From the NCBI RefSeq assembly GCF_050920415.1, contig NZ_CP169309.1: DNA of 64,000 bases; one strand, given 5' to 3'. The translations under genes and the position numbers were made by a program. The notes below the pieces were generated by a model. It did not search any database. It had not been told where the DNA came from and was given only the letters and a program-made list of their open reading frames with translations. The stretch comes from Escherichia coli (GTDB lineage: Bacteria > Pseudomonadota > Gammaproteobacteria > Enterobacterales > Enterobacteriaceae). This document shows positions 1 to 12,918 of the stretch, piece after piece (positions within the stretch are counted from its first letter, which is position 1; every line of letters begins with the position of its first letter).

Positions 1-91
1 CCATCATATGATGGCCAACCATGTCGAAACCGACAGCCCTTCGCCATTCCTGTAGAGGGAAGCGGCGAGGGCTATTTCTTATTACAAGTAT
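1..91 (-). ncRNA. sdhX: 3' UTR downstream of sucD; probable SdhX (RybD) sRNA region, its terminator palindrome (ggccatcatatgatggcc) cut by the window edge
   Basis: Position directly 3' of the sucD stop on the minus strand; palindrome at 1-18; sRNA identity is from recalled knowledge of the sucD 3' UTR, not sequence-verified. Confidence 0.35.
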
Positions 92-961
92 TTATTTCAG
101 AACAGTTTTCAGAGCTTCACCGATGTCAGCCAGGCTGCGAACGGTTTTCACGCCTGCGGCTTCCAGAGCAGCGAATTTCTCATCCGCAGTCCCTTTCCCA
201 CCGGCAATGATGGCACCCGCGTGGCCCATACGTTTGCCTTTCGGCGCAGTTACACCAGCGATGTAACCTACAACTGGCTTGGTAACGTGCTCTTTGATGT
301 ACGCAGCCGCTTCTTCTTCAGCGCTACCGCCGATCTCACCGATCATCACGATCGCTTCGGTCTGCGGATCTTTTTCGAACATTTCGAGGATGTCGATAAA
401 GTTAGAACCAGGGATCGGGTCGCCGCCGATACCGACACAGGTCGACTGACCGAAACCGTAATCCGTGGTCTGTTTAACCGCTTCATAGGTCAGTGTACCG
501 GAACGGGAAACGATACCCACTTTACCCGGTTTGTGAATGTGACCAGGCTGGATGCCGATTTTACATTCACCCGGAGTGATAACGCCCGGGCAGTTCGGGC
601 CGATCATGCGTACGCCAGCTTCGTCCAGTTTCACTTTCACCGTCAGCATATCCAGCGTCGGGATGCCTTCAGTGATGGTGATAATCAGTTTGATACCTGC
701 GTCGATGGCTTCCAGAATGGAGTCTTTGCAGAACGGAGCCGGTACGTAGATAACAGAAGCGGTAGCGCCAGTGGCAGCAACGGCTTCACGCACGGTGTTG
801 AACACCGGCAGACCAAGGTGGGTAGTACCGCCTTTACCTGGGGTTACGCCGCCAACCATTTTAGTGCCGTATGCAATGGCCTGTTCAGAGTGGAAAGTCC
901 CCTGGCTACCAGTAAAGCCCTGGCAGATAACCTTGGTGTTTTTATCAATTAAAATGGACAT
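92..961 (-). CDS. sucD: Succinyl-CoA synthetase alpha subunit
   Basis: 289 aa ORF, CoA-binding and ligase motifs, 1-bp overlap with sucC. Confidence 0.97.
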
Positions 962-2127
962 TATTTCCCCTCCACTGCGGCAACAACCTGCTGAGCTGCA
1001 TCCGTCAGACCTTTTGCTGCAATAATATTCAGGCCGCTGTCAGCCAGTTTCTTCGCGCCGAGTTCGGCGTTGTTACCTTCCAGACGTACCACGACCGGTA
1101 CGTTAACACCCACTTCCGCTACCGCGCCGATGATACCGTCAGCGATCAGGTCGCAACGAACGATACCGCCGAAGATGTTAACCAGAACGGCTTTCACTTT
1201 GTCGTCAGAGAGGATGATTTTGAATGCTTCGGTTACACGTTCTTTGGTTGCGCCACCGCCAACGTCCAGGAAGTTAGCCGGTTCGCCGCCGTGCAGTTTA
1301 ACGATGTCCATGGTGCCCATCGCCAGACCTGCGCCGTTAACCATACAACCGATGTTACCGTCCAGCGCAACGTAGTTCAGTTCCCACTGTGCAGCCTGTG
1401 CTTCACGTGGATCTTCCTGCGACTGGTCGCGCATTTCGCGCAGATCAGGCTGGCGGAACAGTGCGTTGCCGTCAGCGCCCAGTTTGCCGTCGAGGCAAAT
1501 CAGATCGCCCTGTTTGGTGATGACCAGCGGGTTGATTTCGATCAACGCCAGGTCGCGCTCCAGGAAAATGGTCGCCAGGCCCATGAAGATTTTGGTGAAC
1601 TGCTGAACCAGTTTACCTTCCAGACCCAGTTTGAACGCCAGCTCGCGTCCCTGATACGGCATCGGGCCAGTCAGCGGATCAAGCGCAACTTTGTGGATCA
1701 GGTGCGGAGTTTCTTCCGCCACTTTTTCGATTTCCACGCCGCCTTCGGTGGAGGCCATAAAGACCACGCGACGGGAACTACGGTCTACAACGGCACCAAG
1801 ATACAGCTCTTTAGCGATATCGGTCGCTGCTTCAACCAGAATCTGGTTAACCGGTTGACCATTGGCATCTGTTTGATACGTTACCAGACGCTTGCCCAGC
1901 CAGTTTTCTGCAAAAGCACGGATGTCTTCTTTGCTGTTTACAACTTTCACACCGCCCGCTTTACCGCGGCCACCAGCGTGAACCTGACATTTCACTACCC
2001 ACGGACCGGCACCGATTTTTGAAGCGGCTTCTTCTGCTTCGCGCGGAGTAGTACAGGCATAACCCACCGGTGCTGGTAAGCCATAGCGGGCAAACAGTTG
2101 TTTTGCCTGATATTCATGTAAGTTCAT
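961..2127 (-). CDS. sucC: Succinyl-CoA synthetase beta subunit
   Basis: 388 aa ORF starting [12 protein letters not shown] (ATP-grasp). Confidence 0.97.
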
Positions 2128-2209
2128 GTGTTCTGTCCATCCTTCAGTAATCGTTATCTTTTAAACCGTAGACCGAATATTTCGTATCGCTTCCGGGTAT
2201 TGTCGGTCA

Positions 2210-2340
2210 CCCGTAGGCCTGATAAGACGCGCAAGCGTCGCATCAGGCATCGCGTGTCGGATGCGGCGCGAGCGCCTTATCCGACCTACATCGGTGCTTC
2301 CCGTAGGCCTGATAAGACGCGTTAAGCGTCGCATCAGGCT
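2210..2340. repeat. REP/BIME cluster (three REP units in alternating orientation)
   Basis: Repeated gtaggcctgataagacgcg...gcgtcgcatcaggc palindromic units between sucC and sucB. Confidence 0.8.
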
Positions 2341-2402
2341 TCAATTGCCGGAGAAAGCGATAATGCCTCATCCGGTCTACAGTGCAGGTGAAACTTAAAC
2401 TA

Positions 2403-3620
2403 CTACACGTCCAGCAGCAGACGCGTCGGATCTTCCAGCAACTCTTTGATCGTTACCAGGAAGCCCACGGACTCGCGACCATCGATCAGACGGTGATCGT
2501 AGGACAGCGCCAGGTACATCATCGGCAGGATCTCAACCTGACCATTCACTGCCATCGGACGATCTTTGATAGCGTGCATACCCAGAATTGCGCTCTGCGG
2601 CGGGTTGATGATAGGCGTAGACATCAGGGAACCGAACACACCACCGTTGGTGATGGTAAAGTTACCACCGGTCAGATCTTCAACCGTCAGCTTGCCGTCA
2701 CGGCCTTTAACTGCCAGCTCTTTAATTTTCTTCTCGATGTCTGCCATGCCGAGGGTATCGACATCACGCAGAACCGGCGTCACCAGGCCGCGCGGCGTAG
2801 ATACCGCCATGCTGACGTCGAAATAGTTGTGGTAAACCACATCATCGCCGTCGATAGAAGCATTCACTTCCGGATAACGTTTCAGGGCTTCAACCACTGC
2901 TTTAACGTAGAAGGACATAAAGCCCAGACGGATGCCGTGACGTTTTTCAAACGCTTCACCATACTGCTTACGCAGATCCATAATCGGCTTCATGTTGACT
3001 TCGTTGAACGTGGTCAGCATGGCAGTAGAGTTTTTCGCTTCCAGCAGACGCTCTGCCACACGCTTACGCAGGCGAGTCATCGGAACACGTTTTTCGCTAC
3101 GTGCAGCCAGAGCCGGTTGCGCCGCCGTAGTAGCTGCTGCTGGTGCAGACTCTTTCGCCGGGGCTTTCGCCAGATGTTTTTCCACATCTTCACGGGTCAG
3201 ACGACCACCTACACCGGTGCCTTTAATGGCGCTGGCATCAAGATTGTGTTCAGCCAAAAGGCGACGGATCGCCGGGCTTAAGGCATCGTTGTTTTGCTCT
3301 TCCAGAGACGCCTGTTGGCGTTGTGCCGGAGTTGACGCTTTCTCTTCAGATTTGGCGCTGGTTTCTTTACCGGCGCTGTTGCCTTCACGCAGGCGACCAA
3401 GGATCTGACGAGACGTTACGGTTGTACCTTCATCTTCCAGAACCGCATCCAGAATGCCGTCTGCTGATGCCGGTACTTCCAGTACCACTTTGTCAGTTTC
3501 GATTTCTACCAGCACTTCATCACGTACGACTGCGTCGCCGGGTTTTTTATGCCAGGTTGCGACGGTGGCATCGGCTACGGATTCAGGCAGGTCAGGGACC
3601 AGAATATCTACGCTACTCAT
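2403..3620 (-). CDS. sucB: 2-oxoglutarate dehydrogenase E2 (dihydrolipoyllysine succinyltransferase)
   Basis: 405 aa ORF, lipoyl domain ([10 protein letters not shown]) plus catalytic domain. Confidence 0.97.
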   Translation of the reverse strand: MSSVDILVPDLPESVADATVATWHKKPGDAVVRDEVLVEIETDKVVLEVPASADGILDAVLEDEGTTVTSRQILGRLREGNSAGKETSAKSEEKASTPAQRQQASLEEQNNDALSPAIRRLLAEHNLDASAIKGTGVGGRLTREDVEKHLAKAPAKESAPAAATTAAQPALAARSEKRVPMTRLRKRVAERLLEAKNSTAMLTTFNEVNMKPIMDLRKQYGEAFEKRHGIRLGFMSFYVKAVVEALKRYPEVNASIDGDDVVYHNYFDVSMAVSTPRGLVTPVLRDVDTLGMADIEKKIKELAVKGRDGKLTVEDLTGGNFTITNGGVFGSLMSTPIINPPQSAILGMHAIKDRPMAVNGQVEILPMMYLALSYDHRLIDGRESVGFLVTIKELLEDPTRLLLDV

Positions 3621-3634
3621 TGTGTATCCTTTAT

Positions 3635-6436
3635 TTATTCGACGTTCAGCGCGTCATTAACCAGATCTTGTTGCTGTTTCTGGTGAACGGACATATACCC
3701 TACCGCCGGAGAGGCGGAGGCCGGGCGGCCTGCATAACGCAGAGAAGCCCCAAACGGAATCACTTCACGGAAATGATGCTGGCTACAGTACCATGCGCCC
3801 TGGTTGAGCGGCTCTTCCTGGCACCAGACAAAATCCTTGACGTGAGCAAACTGCTGCAACACTTCCTGCATCGCTTTATGCGGGAACGGGTAGAGTTGCT
3901 CGATACGCACGATGGCGACATCGTGTTGATTGTTCTTACGACGTTGTTCCAGCAGGTCGTAATAAACCTTACCAGAACACATCACTACGCGCTTCACGCC
4001 CTTCGGATCAAGCTCGTCGATTTCACCAATGGCAGGCAGGAAGGTGCCGTTCGCCAGTTCTTCGAGGCTGGAAACCGCCAGCGGATGACGCAGCAGGGAT
4101 TTCGGCGACATCACCACCAGCGGACGACGCATCCCGCGCAGCGCCTGACGACGCAGCATATGGTAAACCTGTGCCGGGGTAGACGGTACGCACACCTGCA
4201 TGTTTTGTTCAGCACAAAGTTGCAGATAACGTTCCAGACGCGCGGAGGAGTGCTCCGGCCCTTGCCCTTCATACCCGTGCGGCAGCAGCATTACCAGACC
4301 ACACATCCGGCCCCATTTCTGTTCGCCAGAGGAGATGAACTGGTCGATAACCACCTGCGCACCGTTAGCGAAGTCACCAAACTGCGCTTCCCAGATGGTC
4401 AGCGTGCGCGGCTCTGCGGTGGCATAACCGTATTCAAACGCCAGCACTGCTTCTTCAGACAGTACGGAGTCCCAGACGCGGAACGCGCCCTGACCATTAT
4501 GGATATGTTGCAGCGGCGTGTAAGTGGAACCGTTGGACTGATTGTGGATCACCGCATGACGATGGAAGAAGGTACCGCGACCGGAGTCTTCACCCGACAG
4601 GCGGACCGGAATGCCTTCATCAACCAGCGTGGCGTAAGCGAGGTTTTCCGCGCCGCCCCAGTCGAACAGTTTCTCACCGGCAGCCATTGCCTGGCGATCG
4701 CCATAAATCTTGGCAACGCGAGACTGCATTTCAACCGCTTCCGGCACCGTACTGATACGTTTAGCCAGTTCCTGCAGGCGCTTCATCTCAACTTTGTTCG
4801 GGTACTCTTCGTCCCATTCGTGGTTGAGGTACGGCGACCAGGTGAAAGAGTGCATGTTCATCGGACGCCACTCTGCTACCACGCAATCGCCAGCATCCAG
4901 CGCATCACGGTACAGGTTAACCATCTCGGTGGCATCTTCCAGCGTCGCGACTTTTTCCTGCTCCAGCTTGTCAGCGTAGATTTTGCGCGGCGTCGGATGT
5001 TTTTTGATTTTCTGATACATCAGCGGCTGAGTTGCACTCGGCTCGTCGGCTTCGTTGTGGCCGTGACGGCGGTAGCACACCAGGTCGATGAAGACATCAC
5101 GTTTAAAGGTGTTACGGAAATCGAGCGCCAGACGGGTCACAAAGGCAACGGCTTCCGGATCATCCGCATTAACGTGGAAAATCGGTGCCTGTACCATCTT
5201 GCCGATATCAGTACAGTACGGCGTAGAACGGGCATCCAGCGGGTTAGAGGTAGTGAAACCGACCTGGTTGTTGATAACGATACGTACCGTACCGCCAACT
5301 TCATAACCACGCGCTTTCGACATGTTCAGGGTTTCCTGAACCACGCCCTGCCCGGTCACTGCGGCGTCACCGTGGATGGTGATTGGCAGCACTTTGTTGC
5401 TGCTCGGCTCATCGAGTCTGTCCAGACGGGCGCGAACAGAACCGATAACTACCGGGCTTACAATCTCAAGGTGAGACGGGTTAAACGCCAGCGCCAGGTG
5501 AACCAGGCCGCCGTCGGTCTGGAAGTCAGACGAGAAGCCCATGTGGTATTTCACGTCGCCCGTGCCGAGGTGTTCTTTATGTTTACCGGCAAACTCGTCG
5601 AACAAGTCTTGCGGTTTTTTACCCAGCACGTTAACCAGCACGTTCAGACGACCACGGTGCGCCATCCCGAGAACCACTTCACGGGTGCCGCTATTGCCAG
5701 CATGGCGGATAATCTCTTTAAGCATCGGGATTAACGCGTCACCGCCTTCCAGCGAGAAGCGTTTTGCGCCAGGGAATTTTGCGCCGAGGTAACGTTCAAG
5801 GCCTTCAGCGGCGGTCAGTTCGCTTAAGAAGCGTTTTTTCTCTTCGCTATTGAAAGTCGCGCGACCAGACTCGATACGCTGTTGGATCCAGCGTTTTTCT
5901 TCGGTGCTGGTAATGTGCATGTACTCGGCACCAATCGGGCCGCAGTAGGTTTGCTTGAGGGCTTCCAGCAGCTCGCCGAGTTTCATGGTTTCTTTGCCGC
6001 TGGCAAATGAACCGACGTTGAAGGTCTCCTGGAAGTCTGCTTCGGTCAGATCGTGGAAAGACGGATCCAGATCGGCCACTTTATCTTGCTGCCACAGTCC
6101 CAGCGGATCGAGATTCGCATGCTGGTGACCGCGGAAGCGGTATGCGTTAATGAGCTGCAGGACTTTAACCTGCTTCACATTGGTGTCAGGGTCGGAGATC
6201 GTTGAAGAGTAACGTGAAGCGTCTTTCGCCAGGCGGCGGAAATATTCACGCGTTTGAGAGTGGAATTGATCCGGTTTGACTCCCGTACCAGGTAACTGCT
6301 GGAACGTCGAACGCCAGTTAGCGTCAACCGAGTCAGGATCGGTTAAGAAGTCTTCATAGAGCTGTTCTATCCAGCTCTGGTTTGCGCCAGAGAGGTAAGA
6401 AGAGTCCAACCAGGCTTTCAAAGCGCTGTTCTGCAT
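3635..6436 (-). CDS. sucA: 2-oxoglutarate dehydrogenase E1 component
   Basis: 933 aa ORF starting [31 protein letters not shown]. Confidence 0.97.
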   Translation of the reverse strand: MQNSALKAWLDSSYLSGANQSWIEQLYEDFLTDPDSVDANWRSTFQQLPGTGVKPDQFHSQTREYFRRLAKDASRYSSTISDPDTNVKQVKVLQLINAYRFRGHQHANLDPLGLWQQDKVADLDPSFHDLTEADFQETFNVGSFASGKETMKLGELLEALKQTYCGPIGAEYMHITSTEEKRWIQQRIESGRATFNSEEKKRFLSELTAAEGLERYLGAKFPGAKRFSLEGGDALIPMLKEIIRHAGNSGTREVVLGMAHRGRLNVLVNVLGKKPQDLFDEFAGKHKEHLGTGDVKYHMGFSSDFQTDGGLVHLALAFNPSHLEIVSPVVIGSVRARLDRLDEPSSNKVLPITIHGDAAVTGQGVVQETLNMSKARGYEVGGTVRIVINNQVGFTTSNPLDARSTPYCTDIGKMVQAPIFHVNADDPEAVAFVTRLALDFRNTFKRDVFIDLVCYRRHGHNEADEPSATQPLMYQKIKKHPTPRKIYADKLEQEKVATLEDATEMVNLYRDALDAGDCVVAEWRPMNMHSFTWSPYLNHEWDEEYPNKVEMKRLQELAKRISTVPEAVEMQSRVAKIYGDRQAMAAGEKLFDWGGAENLAYATLVDEGIPVRLSGEDSGRGTFFHRHAVIHNQSNGSTYTPLQHIHNGQGAFRVWDSVLSEEAVLAFEYGYATAEPRTLTIWEAQFGDFANGAQVVIDQFISSGEQKWGRMCGLVMLLPHGYEGQGPEHSSARLERYLQLCAEQNMQVCVPSTPAQVYHMLRRQALRGMRRPLVVMSPKSLLRHPLAVSSLEELANGTFLPAIGEIDELDPKGVKRVVMCSGKVYYDLLEQRRKNNQHDVAIVRIEQLYPFPHKAMQEVLQQFAHVKDFVWCQEEPLNQGAWYCSQHHFREVIPFGASLRYAGRPASASPAVGYMSVHQKQQQDLVNDALNVE

Positions 6437-6609
6437 CGTGATCCCTTAAGCATCTTTTTTATGCTTACTTCGCCGTGGATACTACCACGCACAGTGATGT
6501 GCGTGCCGGGGTTCACTTGCGAGCTCTTGTCTACGTAGTGGCTCGCGAAGGAACCTTTAAAAACTGTCTTAGTGTCAGGGGCAGTTTTTAAAGATTTCCT
6601 GCATTTCTT

Positions 6610-6690
6610 TTGTAGGCCGGATAACGCATTCACGCCGCATCCGGCACTGGTTGCCTGATGCGACGCTTGTGCGTCTTATCAGGCCTGGGT
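6610..6690. repeat. REP elements in sdhB-sucA intergenic region
   Basis: tgtaggccggataa...gcatccggca and gcctgatgcgacgc...gcgtcttatcaggcc palindromic units. Confidence 0.75.
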
Positions 6691-7407
6691 TTACGCATTA
6701 CGCTGCAACAACATCGACTTGATATGGCCGATGGCGCGCGTCGGGTTCAGCCCCTTCGGACATACACTGACGCAGTTCATGATGCTGTGACAGCGGAATA
6801 CACTGAATGCATCGCTCAAACCGTCGAGGCGGCTGTCAGTCTCGGTATCACGGCTATCGATCAGGAAACGATATGCCGCTAACAAGCCTGCCGGGCCGAT
6901 AAACTTATCGGGATTCCACCAGAAAGACGGACAAGAGGTTGAACAACATGCGCAGAGAATACATTCATACAGCCCGTCGAGTTTTTCGCGCTGCTCTGGC
7001 ATCTGTAAATGCTCGCGAGCTGGCGGATTTTGTCCATTATTCAACAGGTAAGGCTTAATTTTCTCATATTGCGCATAGAATTGTCCCATGTCTACCACCA
7101 AATCGCGGATCACCGGTAAACCTGGCAGCGGGCGAATCACAATCTTCTTGCCCGGCTGGTTGAGTGCCGAAATCGGGGTAATACAGGCCAGACCATTCTT
7201 ACCGTTCATGTTCAGACCGTCGGAACCGCACACACCTTCACGGCAGGAACGACGGAACGACAGGCTGGGATCTTTCTCTTTCAACTGGATAAGCGCATCC
7301 AGCAGCATCATGTCGCGACCTTCTTCCGCTTCCAGGGTGTAATCCTGCATACGCGGAGCATCATCAACATCCGGGTTATAGCGATAAATTGAAAACTCGA
7401 GTCTCAT
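6691..7407 (-). CDS. sdhB: Succinate dehydrogenase iron-sulfur subunit
   Basis: 238 aa ORF with Fe-S cysteine clusters. Confidence 0.97.
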   Translation of the reverse strand: MRLEFSIYRYNPDVDDAPRMQDYTLEAEEGRDMMLLDALIQLKEKDPSLSFRRSCREGVCGSDGLNMNGKNGLACITPISALNQPGKKIVIRPLPGLPVIRDLVVDMGQFYAQYEKIKPYLLNNGQNPPAREHLQMPEQREKLDGLYECILCACCSTSCPSFWWNPDKFIGPAGLLAAYRFLIDSRDTETDSRLDGLSDAFSVFRCHSIMNCVSVCPKGLNPTRAIGHIKSMLLQRNA

Positions 7408-7422
7408 TTTCCTGTCTCCGCA

Positions 7423-9189
7423 TTAGTAAGTACGAATCTTCGGCGGGAATGCCGGGCGCAGTTTCGGTTCCATGTTGACGCTTCGGCGCGTCATGGATTC
7501 CGACTCTGGCAGATACAGGGAGTGGCACAGCCAGTTTTCATCATCACGATCTGGGAAGTCGAAGCGGCTATGCGCGCCACGGCTTTCGGTACGGAAGTTG
7601 GCAGAAACAGCCGTTGCATACGCCGTTTCCATCAGGTTATCCAGTTCCAGGCATTCAACGCGCTGGGTGTTGAACTCGCTGGAAGTGTCATCCAGACGGG
7701 CATTTTTCAAACGCTCGCGGATCACTTTCAACTGCTCAAGCCCTTTTGCCATCGCATCACCTTCACGGAAGACCGAGAAGTTATGCTGCATACATTCTTG
7801 CAGTGCTTTACGAATCGCCACTGGATCTTCACCATTACGGTTGTTGTTCCAGCGATTCAGACGCTCCAGAGACGCTTCAACATCAGACTCGCTGGCATCG
7901 CGCAGTGCGCCCTGCTCGGCAATAGACTCTTGCAGATGCAGGCCCGCTGCGCGACCAAAGACCACCAGGTCCAGCAGCGAGTTGCCGCCAAGACGGTTAG
8001 CGCCGTGTACCGATACACAAGCGATTTCACCTACCGCGAACAGCCCCGGAACAACCACATCTTCGCCTTTCTCGTTCACCGTCAGCGCCTGACCGGTCAC
8101 TTTGGTCGGAATACCGCCCATCATGTAGTGACAGGTTGGGATAACCGGAATCGGCTCTTTCACCGGATCGACGTGTGCGAAGGTACGGGAGAGTTCAAGG
8201 ATACCCGGCAGACGGGATTCGAGAACTTCTTTACCCAGGTGGTCGAGTTTCAGTTTTGCATGTGGCCCCCATGGACCATCACAGCCGCGACCTTCACGGA
8301 TTTCGATCATGATGGAACGCGCCACCACGTCACGGCCCGCCAGATCTTTGGCGTTCGGCGCATAACGCTCCATAAAGCGTTCGCCATGTTTGTTCAGCAG
8401 ATAACCGCCTTCACCACGGCAACCTTCGGTGACCAGTACGCCCGCACCTGCTATACCGGTCGGGTGGAACTGCCACATTTCCATATCCTGCACAGGTACA
8501 CCTGCACGGATAGCCATGCCGACGCCATCGCCGGTGTTAATGTGCGCGTTGGTGGTGGACTGATAAATACGCCCTGCCCCGCCGGTTGCCAGCACAGTCG
8601 CACGGGCTTTGAAGTAAACCACTTCACCGGTTTCGATGCACAGTGCGGTACAACCAACTACCGCGCCATCCTGGTTCTTCACCAGATCCAGCGCATACCA
8701 CTCGGAGAAAATGGTGGTGTGGTTTTTCAGGTTCTGCTGATAAAGCGTGTGCAACAGTGCGTGACCGGTACGGTCAGCTGCCGCCGCAGTACGTGCCGCT
8801 TGCTCGCCACCGAAGTTTTTCGACTGGCCGCCAAACGGACGTTGATAGATACGACCATCATCAAGACGCGAGAACGGTAGCCCCATGTGTTCCAGTTCCA
8901 GAATCGCTTCCGGCCCGGTTTTACACATATATTCAATCGCGTCCTGGTCACCGATATAGTCCGACCCTTTTACGGTGTCGTACATATGCCATTCCCAGTT
9001 ATCTTCATGGGTATTACCCAGCGCAACGGTAATGCCGCCTTGCGCAGAAACGGTATGGGAACGGGTCGGGAAGACTTTGGAGAGCAGCGCACAGGTTTGG
9101 CCGCTCTGGGAAATTTGCAGCGCCGCGCGCATACCTGCGCCACCGGCACCAATCACAACTGCATCAAATTCTCTGACTGGCAATTTCAT
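7423..9189 (-). CDS. sdhA: Succinate dehydrogenase flavoprotein subunit
   Basis: FAD-binding N-terminus [19 protein letters not shown]; start trimmed to internal ATG that overlaps the sdhD stop. Confidence 0.95.
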   Translation of the reverse strand: MKLPVREFDAVVIGAGGAGMRAALQISQSGQTCALLSKVFPTRSHTVSAQGGITVALGNTHEDNWEWHMYDTVKGSDYIGDQDAIEYMCKTGPEAILELEHMGLPFSRLDDGRIYQRPFGGQSKNFGGEQAARTAAAADRTGHALLHTLYQQNLKNHTTIFSEWYALDLVKNQDGAVVGCTALCIETGEVVYFKARATVLATGGAGRIYQSTTNAHINTGDGVGMAIRAGVPVQDMEMWQFHPTGIAGAGVLVTEGCRGEGGYLLNKHGERFMERYAPNAKDLAGRDVVARSIMIEIREGRGCDGPWGPHAKLKLDHLGKEVLESRLPGILELSRTFAHVDPVKEPIPVIPTCHYMMGGIPTKVTGQALTVNEKGEDVVVPGLFAVGEIACVSVHGANRLGGNSLLDLVVFGRAAGLHLQESIAEQGALRDASESDVEASLERLNRWNNNRNGEDPVAIRKALQECMQHNFSVFREGDAMAKGLEQLKVIRERLKNARLDDTSSEFNTQRVECLELDNLMETAYATAVSANFRTESRGAHSRFDFPDRDDENWLCHSLYLPESESMTRRSVNMEPKLRPAFPPKIRTY

Positions 9190-9536
9190 CACACACCCCA
9201 CACCACAACGAATCCATAAATCACGTAAACCACCAGTGCAACGACAATCACCAGTTGCAGCATCAGGCGCAAAGCCAGTGGTTTAACGTAGTCGGTCAAC
9301 ACCTGCCACATGCCGATCCAGGCATGGATCAAGATAGAAAACAGCGCCAGCAGGGTGAACACTTTGGTGAACGCAGAGGCGAAGAAACCAATCCAGACTT
9401 CATATGTCAGCTCGCCACTGGTAGCGAAAAAACCGACCATATAAATGATGTAGAGCGTCAGGACGATAGCGGTAGCGCGAACGAGGATAAAATCATGTAC
9501 GCCATTGCGTCCTAATGCGGAGGCGTTGCTTACCAT
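9189..9536 (-). CDS. sdhD: Succinate dehydrogenase membrane anchor subunit
   Basis: 115 aa hydrophobic ORF. Confidence 0.95.
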
Positions 9537-9919
9537 ACGAGGACTCCTGCGAGAAGTGAAAGCACGACAGTAATAACAAAGGAGATTTTGGCGGAGCGTT
9601 TACCCGCTTCGAATGTTTCTTCCAGATAGCCAAAATCCATCATCATGTGGCGAATACCTACGACGACGTGATACGCCAGAGCGGTAAGGATGCCCCACAT
9701 GATAAATTTGACGAAGAAGCTGCCCATAATCGCGGAAGCTTGCTCGAAACCTTCAGGGGAAGAGAGGCTGGTACCCAGAAGCCACAGCAGGATGCCCACT
9801 GCAACAAAGGTGATCACACCGGAAACGCGATGGAGAATGGACGCTATCGCCGTGACGGGGAACCGGATGGTCTGTAGGTCCAGATTAACAGGTCTTTGTT
9901 TTTTCACATTTCTTATCAT
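9530..9919 (-). CDS. sdhC: Succinate dehydrogenase cytochrome b556 subunit
   Basis: Start set at [15 protein letters not shown] (129 aa); the ORF-track start lies 5 codons upstream. Confidence 0.93.
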
Positions 9920-10627
9920 GAATAACGCCCACATGCTGTTCTTATTATTCCCTGGGGACTACGGGCACAGAGGTTAACTTTCTGTTACCTGGAGACGTCG
10001 GGATTTCCTTCCTCCGGTCTGCTTGCGGGTCAGACAGCGTCCTTTCTATAACTGCGCGTCATGCAAAACACTGCTTCCAGATGCGAAAACGACACGTTAC
10101 AACGCTGGGTGGCTCGGGATTGCAGGGTGTTCCGGAGACCTGGCGGCAGTATAGGCCGTTCACAAAATCATTACAATTAACCTACATATAGTTTGTCGGG
10201 TTTTATCCCGAACAGTGATCTGGGTCACGATAACAACATTTATTTAATTTTTAATCATCTAATTTGACAATCATTCAACAAAGTTGTTACAAACATCACT
10301 AGGAAAAGCATATAATGCGTAAAAGTTATGAAGTCAGTATTTCACCTAAGATTAACTTATGTAACAGTGTGGAAGTATTGACCAATTCATTCGGGACAGT
10401 TATTAGTGGTAGACAAGTTTAATAATTCGGATTGCTAAGTACTTGATTCGCCATTTATTCGTCATCAATGGATCCTTTACCTGCAAGCGCCCAGAGCTCT
10501 GTACCCAGGTTTTCCCCTCTTTCACAGAGCGGCGAGCCAAATAACAAACGGGTAAAGCCAGGTTGATGTGCGAAGGCAAATTTAAGTTCCGGCAGTCTTA
10601 CGCAATAAGGCGCTAAGGAGACCTTAA
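9920..10627. promoter_or_regulatory. Divergent sdhC / gltA promoter-regulatory region
   Basis: ~700 bp AT-rich non-coding spacer between divergent sdhC and gltA; individual binding sites not resolved. Confidence 0.55.
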
Positions 10628-11911
10628 ATGGCTGATACAAAAGCAAAACTCACCCTCAACGGGGACACAGCTGTTGAACTGGATGTGCTGAAAGGCACGC
10701 TGGGTCAAGATGTTATTGATATCCGTACTCTCGGTTCAAAAGGTGTGTTCACCTTTGACCCAGGCTTCACTTCAACCGCATCCTGCGAATCTAAAATTAC
10801 TTTTATTGATGGTGATGAAGGTATTTTGCTGCACCGCGGTTTCCCGATCGATCAGCTGGCGACCGATTCTAACTACCTGGAAGTTTGTTACATCCTGCTG
10901 AATGGTGAAAAACCAACTCAGGAACAGTATGACGAATTTAAAACTACGGTGACCCGTCATACCATGATCCACGAGCAGATTACCCGTCTGTTCCATGCTT
11001 TCCGTCGCGACTCGCATCCAATGGCAGTTATGTGTGGTATTACCGGCGCGCTGGCGGCGTTCTATCACGACTCGCTGGATGTTAACAATCCTCGTCATCG
11101 TGAAATTGCCGCGTTCCGCCTGCTGTCAAAAATGCCGACCATGGCCGCGATGTGTTACAAGTATTCCATTGGTCAGCCATTCGTTTACCCGCGCAACGAT
11201 CTCTCCTATGCCGGTAACTTCCTGAATATGATGTTCTCCACGCCGTGCGAACCGTATGAAGTTAATCCGATTCTGGAACGTGCTATGGACCGTATTCTGA
11301 TCCTGCACGCTGACCATGAACAGAACGCCTCTACCTCCACCGTGCGTACCGCTGGCTCTTCGGGGGCGAACCCGTTTGCCTGTATCGCAGCAGGTATTGC
11401 TTCGTTGTGGGGACCAGCGCACGGTGGTGCTAACGAAGCGGCTCTGAAAATGCTGGAAGAAATCAGCTCCGTTAAACACATTCCGGAATTTGTTCGTCGT
11501 GCGAAAGACAAGAATGACTCTTTCCGCCTGATGGGCTTCGGTCACCGCGTGTACAAAAACTACGACCCGCGCGCCACCGTCATGCGTGAAACCTGCCACG
11601 AAGTCCTGAAAGAGCTGGGCACGAAGGATGACCTGCTGGAAGTAGCTATGGAGCTGGAAAATATCGCGCTGAACGACCCGTACTTTATTGAGAAAAAACT
11701 GTACCCTAACGTCGATTTCTACTCTGGTATCATCCTGAAAGCGATGGGTATTCCGTCTTCCATGTTCACCGTCATATTCGCTATGGCACGTACAGTTGGC
11801 TGGATCGCCCACTGGAGCGAAATGCACAGTGATGGCATGAAGATTGCCCGTCCACGTCAGCTGTATACCGGCTATGAAAAACGCGATTTTAAAAGCGACA
11901 TCAAACGTTAA
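10628..11911 (+). CDS. gltA: Citrate synthase
   Basis: 427 aa ORF starting [36 protein letters not shown]. Confidence 0.97.
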   Translation: MADTKAKLTLNGDTAVELDVLKGTLGQDVIDIRTLGSKGVFTFDPGFTSTASCESKITFIDGDEGILLHRGFPIDQLATDSNYLEVCYILLNGEKPTQEQYDEFKTTVTRHTMIHEQITRLFHAFRRDSHPMAVMCGITGALAAFYHDSLDVNNPRHREIAAFRLLSKMPTMAAMCYKYSIGQPFVYPRNDLSYAGNFLNMMFSTPCEPYEVNPILERAMDRILILHADHEQNASTSTVRTAGSSGANPFACIAAGIASLWGPAHGGANEAALKMLEEISSVKHIPEFVRRAKDKNDSFRLMGFGHRVYKNYDPRATVMRETCHEVLKELGTKDDLLEVAMELENIALNDPYFIEKKLYPNVDFYSGIILKAMGIPSSMFTVIFAMARTVGWIAHWSEMHSDGMKIARPRQLYTGYEKRDFKSDIKR

Positions 11912-11940
11912 CTGCTGATTCCTAAGCTGTAAATTCTGTT

Positions 11941-11971
11941 AACCCGCCTTTAAAAGGCGGGTTAATTTTTA
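11941..11971. terminator. Rho-independent terminator after gltA
   Basis: aacccgcctttaaaaggcgggtt stem-loop followed by a T-run. Confidence 0.8.
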
Positions 11972-12302
11972 TCTACCTGAACACAAAAAATGTAAAAATA
12001 AAATTAATTAACCGGCTGACATTAATATTGAAAAATAATAGAATTGTTCATTTTATCGGCAAAATAATAAATTTTAATTAAGGTATCTGCTTTTAGTTAC
12101 ATTTATAACCTCATGAAAATGAGGTATATCTCTCTCATTCCCCCCGATAACATTCATTAAATTATTAATTCATCACATCAATTAGTTAACCTTGCATTTA
12201 ATATAATTAATAATATTTTTAAGTAAAACTAAAAACATTCGACAATCAAATAAGATATTCTGATATCGCTATACTTTTTCTATTTCTGTAAAGGACTCAG
12301 TT

Positions 12303-12869
12303 ATGTTTAAAGGACAAAAAACATTGGCCGCATTGGCCGTATCTCTGTTATTCACTGCACCGGTTTATGCAGCTGATGAAGGTTCTGGTGAAATTCACTT
12401 TAAAGGTGAGGTTATAGAAGCACCATGTGAAATACATCATGATGATATTGATAAAGAAATTGAGCTAGGTCAGGTGACCACCAGCCACATTAATCAGTCT
12501 CATCACAGCGATGCGGTTGCTGTCGACCTGCGTTTAATCAACTGCGACCTGGAAAACTCTAATAACGGTTCCGGTGGCAAGATTTCTAAAGTCGCGGTCA
12601 CCTTCGATAGCTCAGCGAAAACCACTGGCGCAGATCCGATACTCAACAATACCAGCACTGGCGAAGCCACCGGTGTCGGCGTGCGTTTAATGAATAAGGA
12701 TCAAAGCAATATCATTTTAGGCACTGCTTCTCCGGATATCGACCTCGCACCAACGTCCAGTGAACAAACACTGAACTTCTTTGCCTGGATGGAACAAATT
12801 GATCAAGCGACACCAGTAACGGCAGGGGCTGTTACAGCGAATGCAACCTACGTACTGGATTATAAATAA
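12303..12869 (+). CDS. ybgD: Fimbrial subunit (chaperone-usher family)
   Basis: 188 aa ORF with signal peptide and fimbrial-subunit-like C-terminus; preceded by a very AT-rich leader. Confidence 0.9.
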   Translation: MFKGQKTLAALAVSLLFTAPVYAADEGSGEIHFKGEVIEAPCEIHHDDIDKEIELGQVTTSHINQSHHSDAVAVDLRLINCDLENSNNGSGGKISKVAVTFDSSAKTTGADPILNNTSTGEATGVGVRLMNKDQSNIILGTASPDIDLAPTSSEQTLNFFAWMEQIDQATPVTAGAVTANATYVLDYK

Positions 12870-12918
12870 GCGTTATTGGGCGGCATCACTGCCGCCTTTC
12901 TTAAAATATTTATCTGGT

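Noticed and set aside
2128-2325. 65 aa ORF in the sucC-sucB intergenic region; similar small ORFs at 6418-6633 and 55984-56352
   Set aside because: They are composed of REP/BIME palindromes (translations full of RRPDKTR repeats), not genes.
2210-2340. Possible CRISPR array suggested by regularly repeated palindromes here and at 26165-26295, 56105-56300, 58135-58232
   Set aside because: Units are REP elements in alternating orientation with irregular spacing and no unique spacers or cas genes.
3323-5734. 803 aa ORF antisense to sucA; similar long antisense ORFs at 7522-8880 (sdhA), 56861-57703 (glnS), 59009-59935 (nagE), 49497-50534 (pgm)
   Set aside because: Each lies entirely within a well-supported gene on the opposite strand, and their translations are low-complexity and Arg/His-rich. 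They are typical frame artefacts of GC-rich coding DNA.
12841-12918. ORF-track start for the usher at 12841, overlapping the end of ybgD
   Set aside because: The upstream extension lacks a signal peptide. The ATG at 12919 is followed directly by a signal peptide (MDTVNIYRLSFVSCLVMAMPSAMA), so it was taken as the start.
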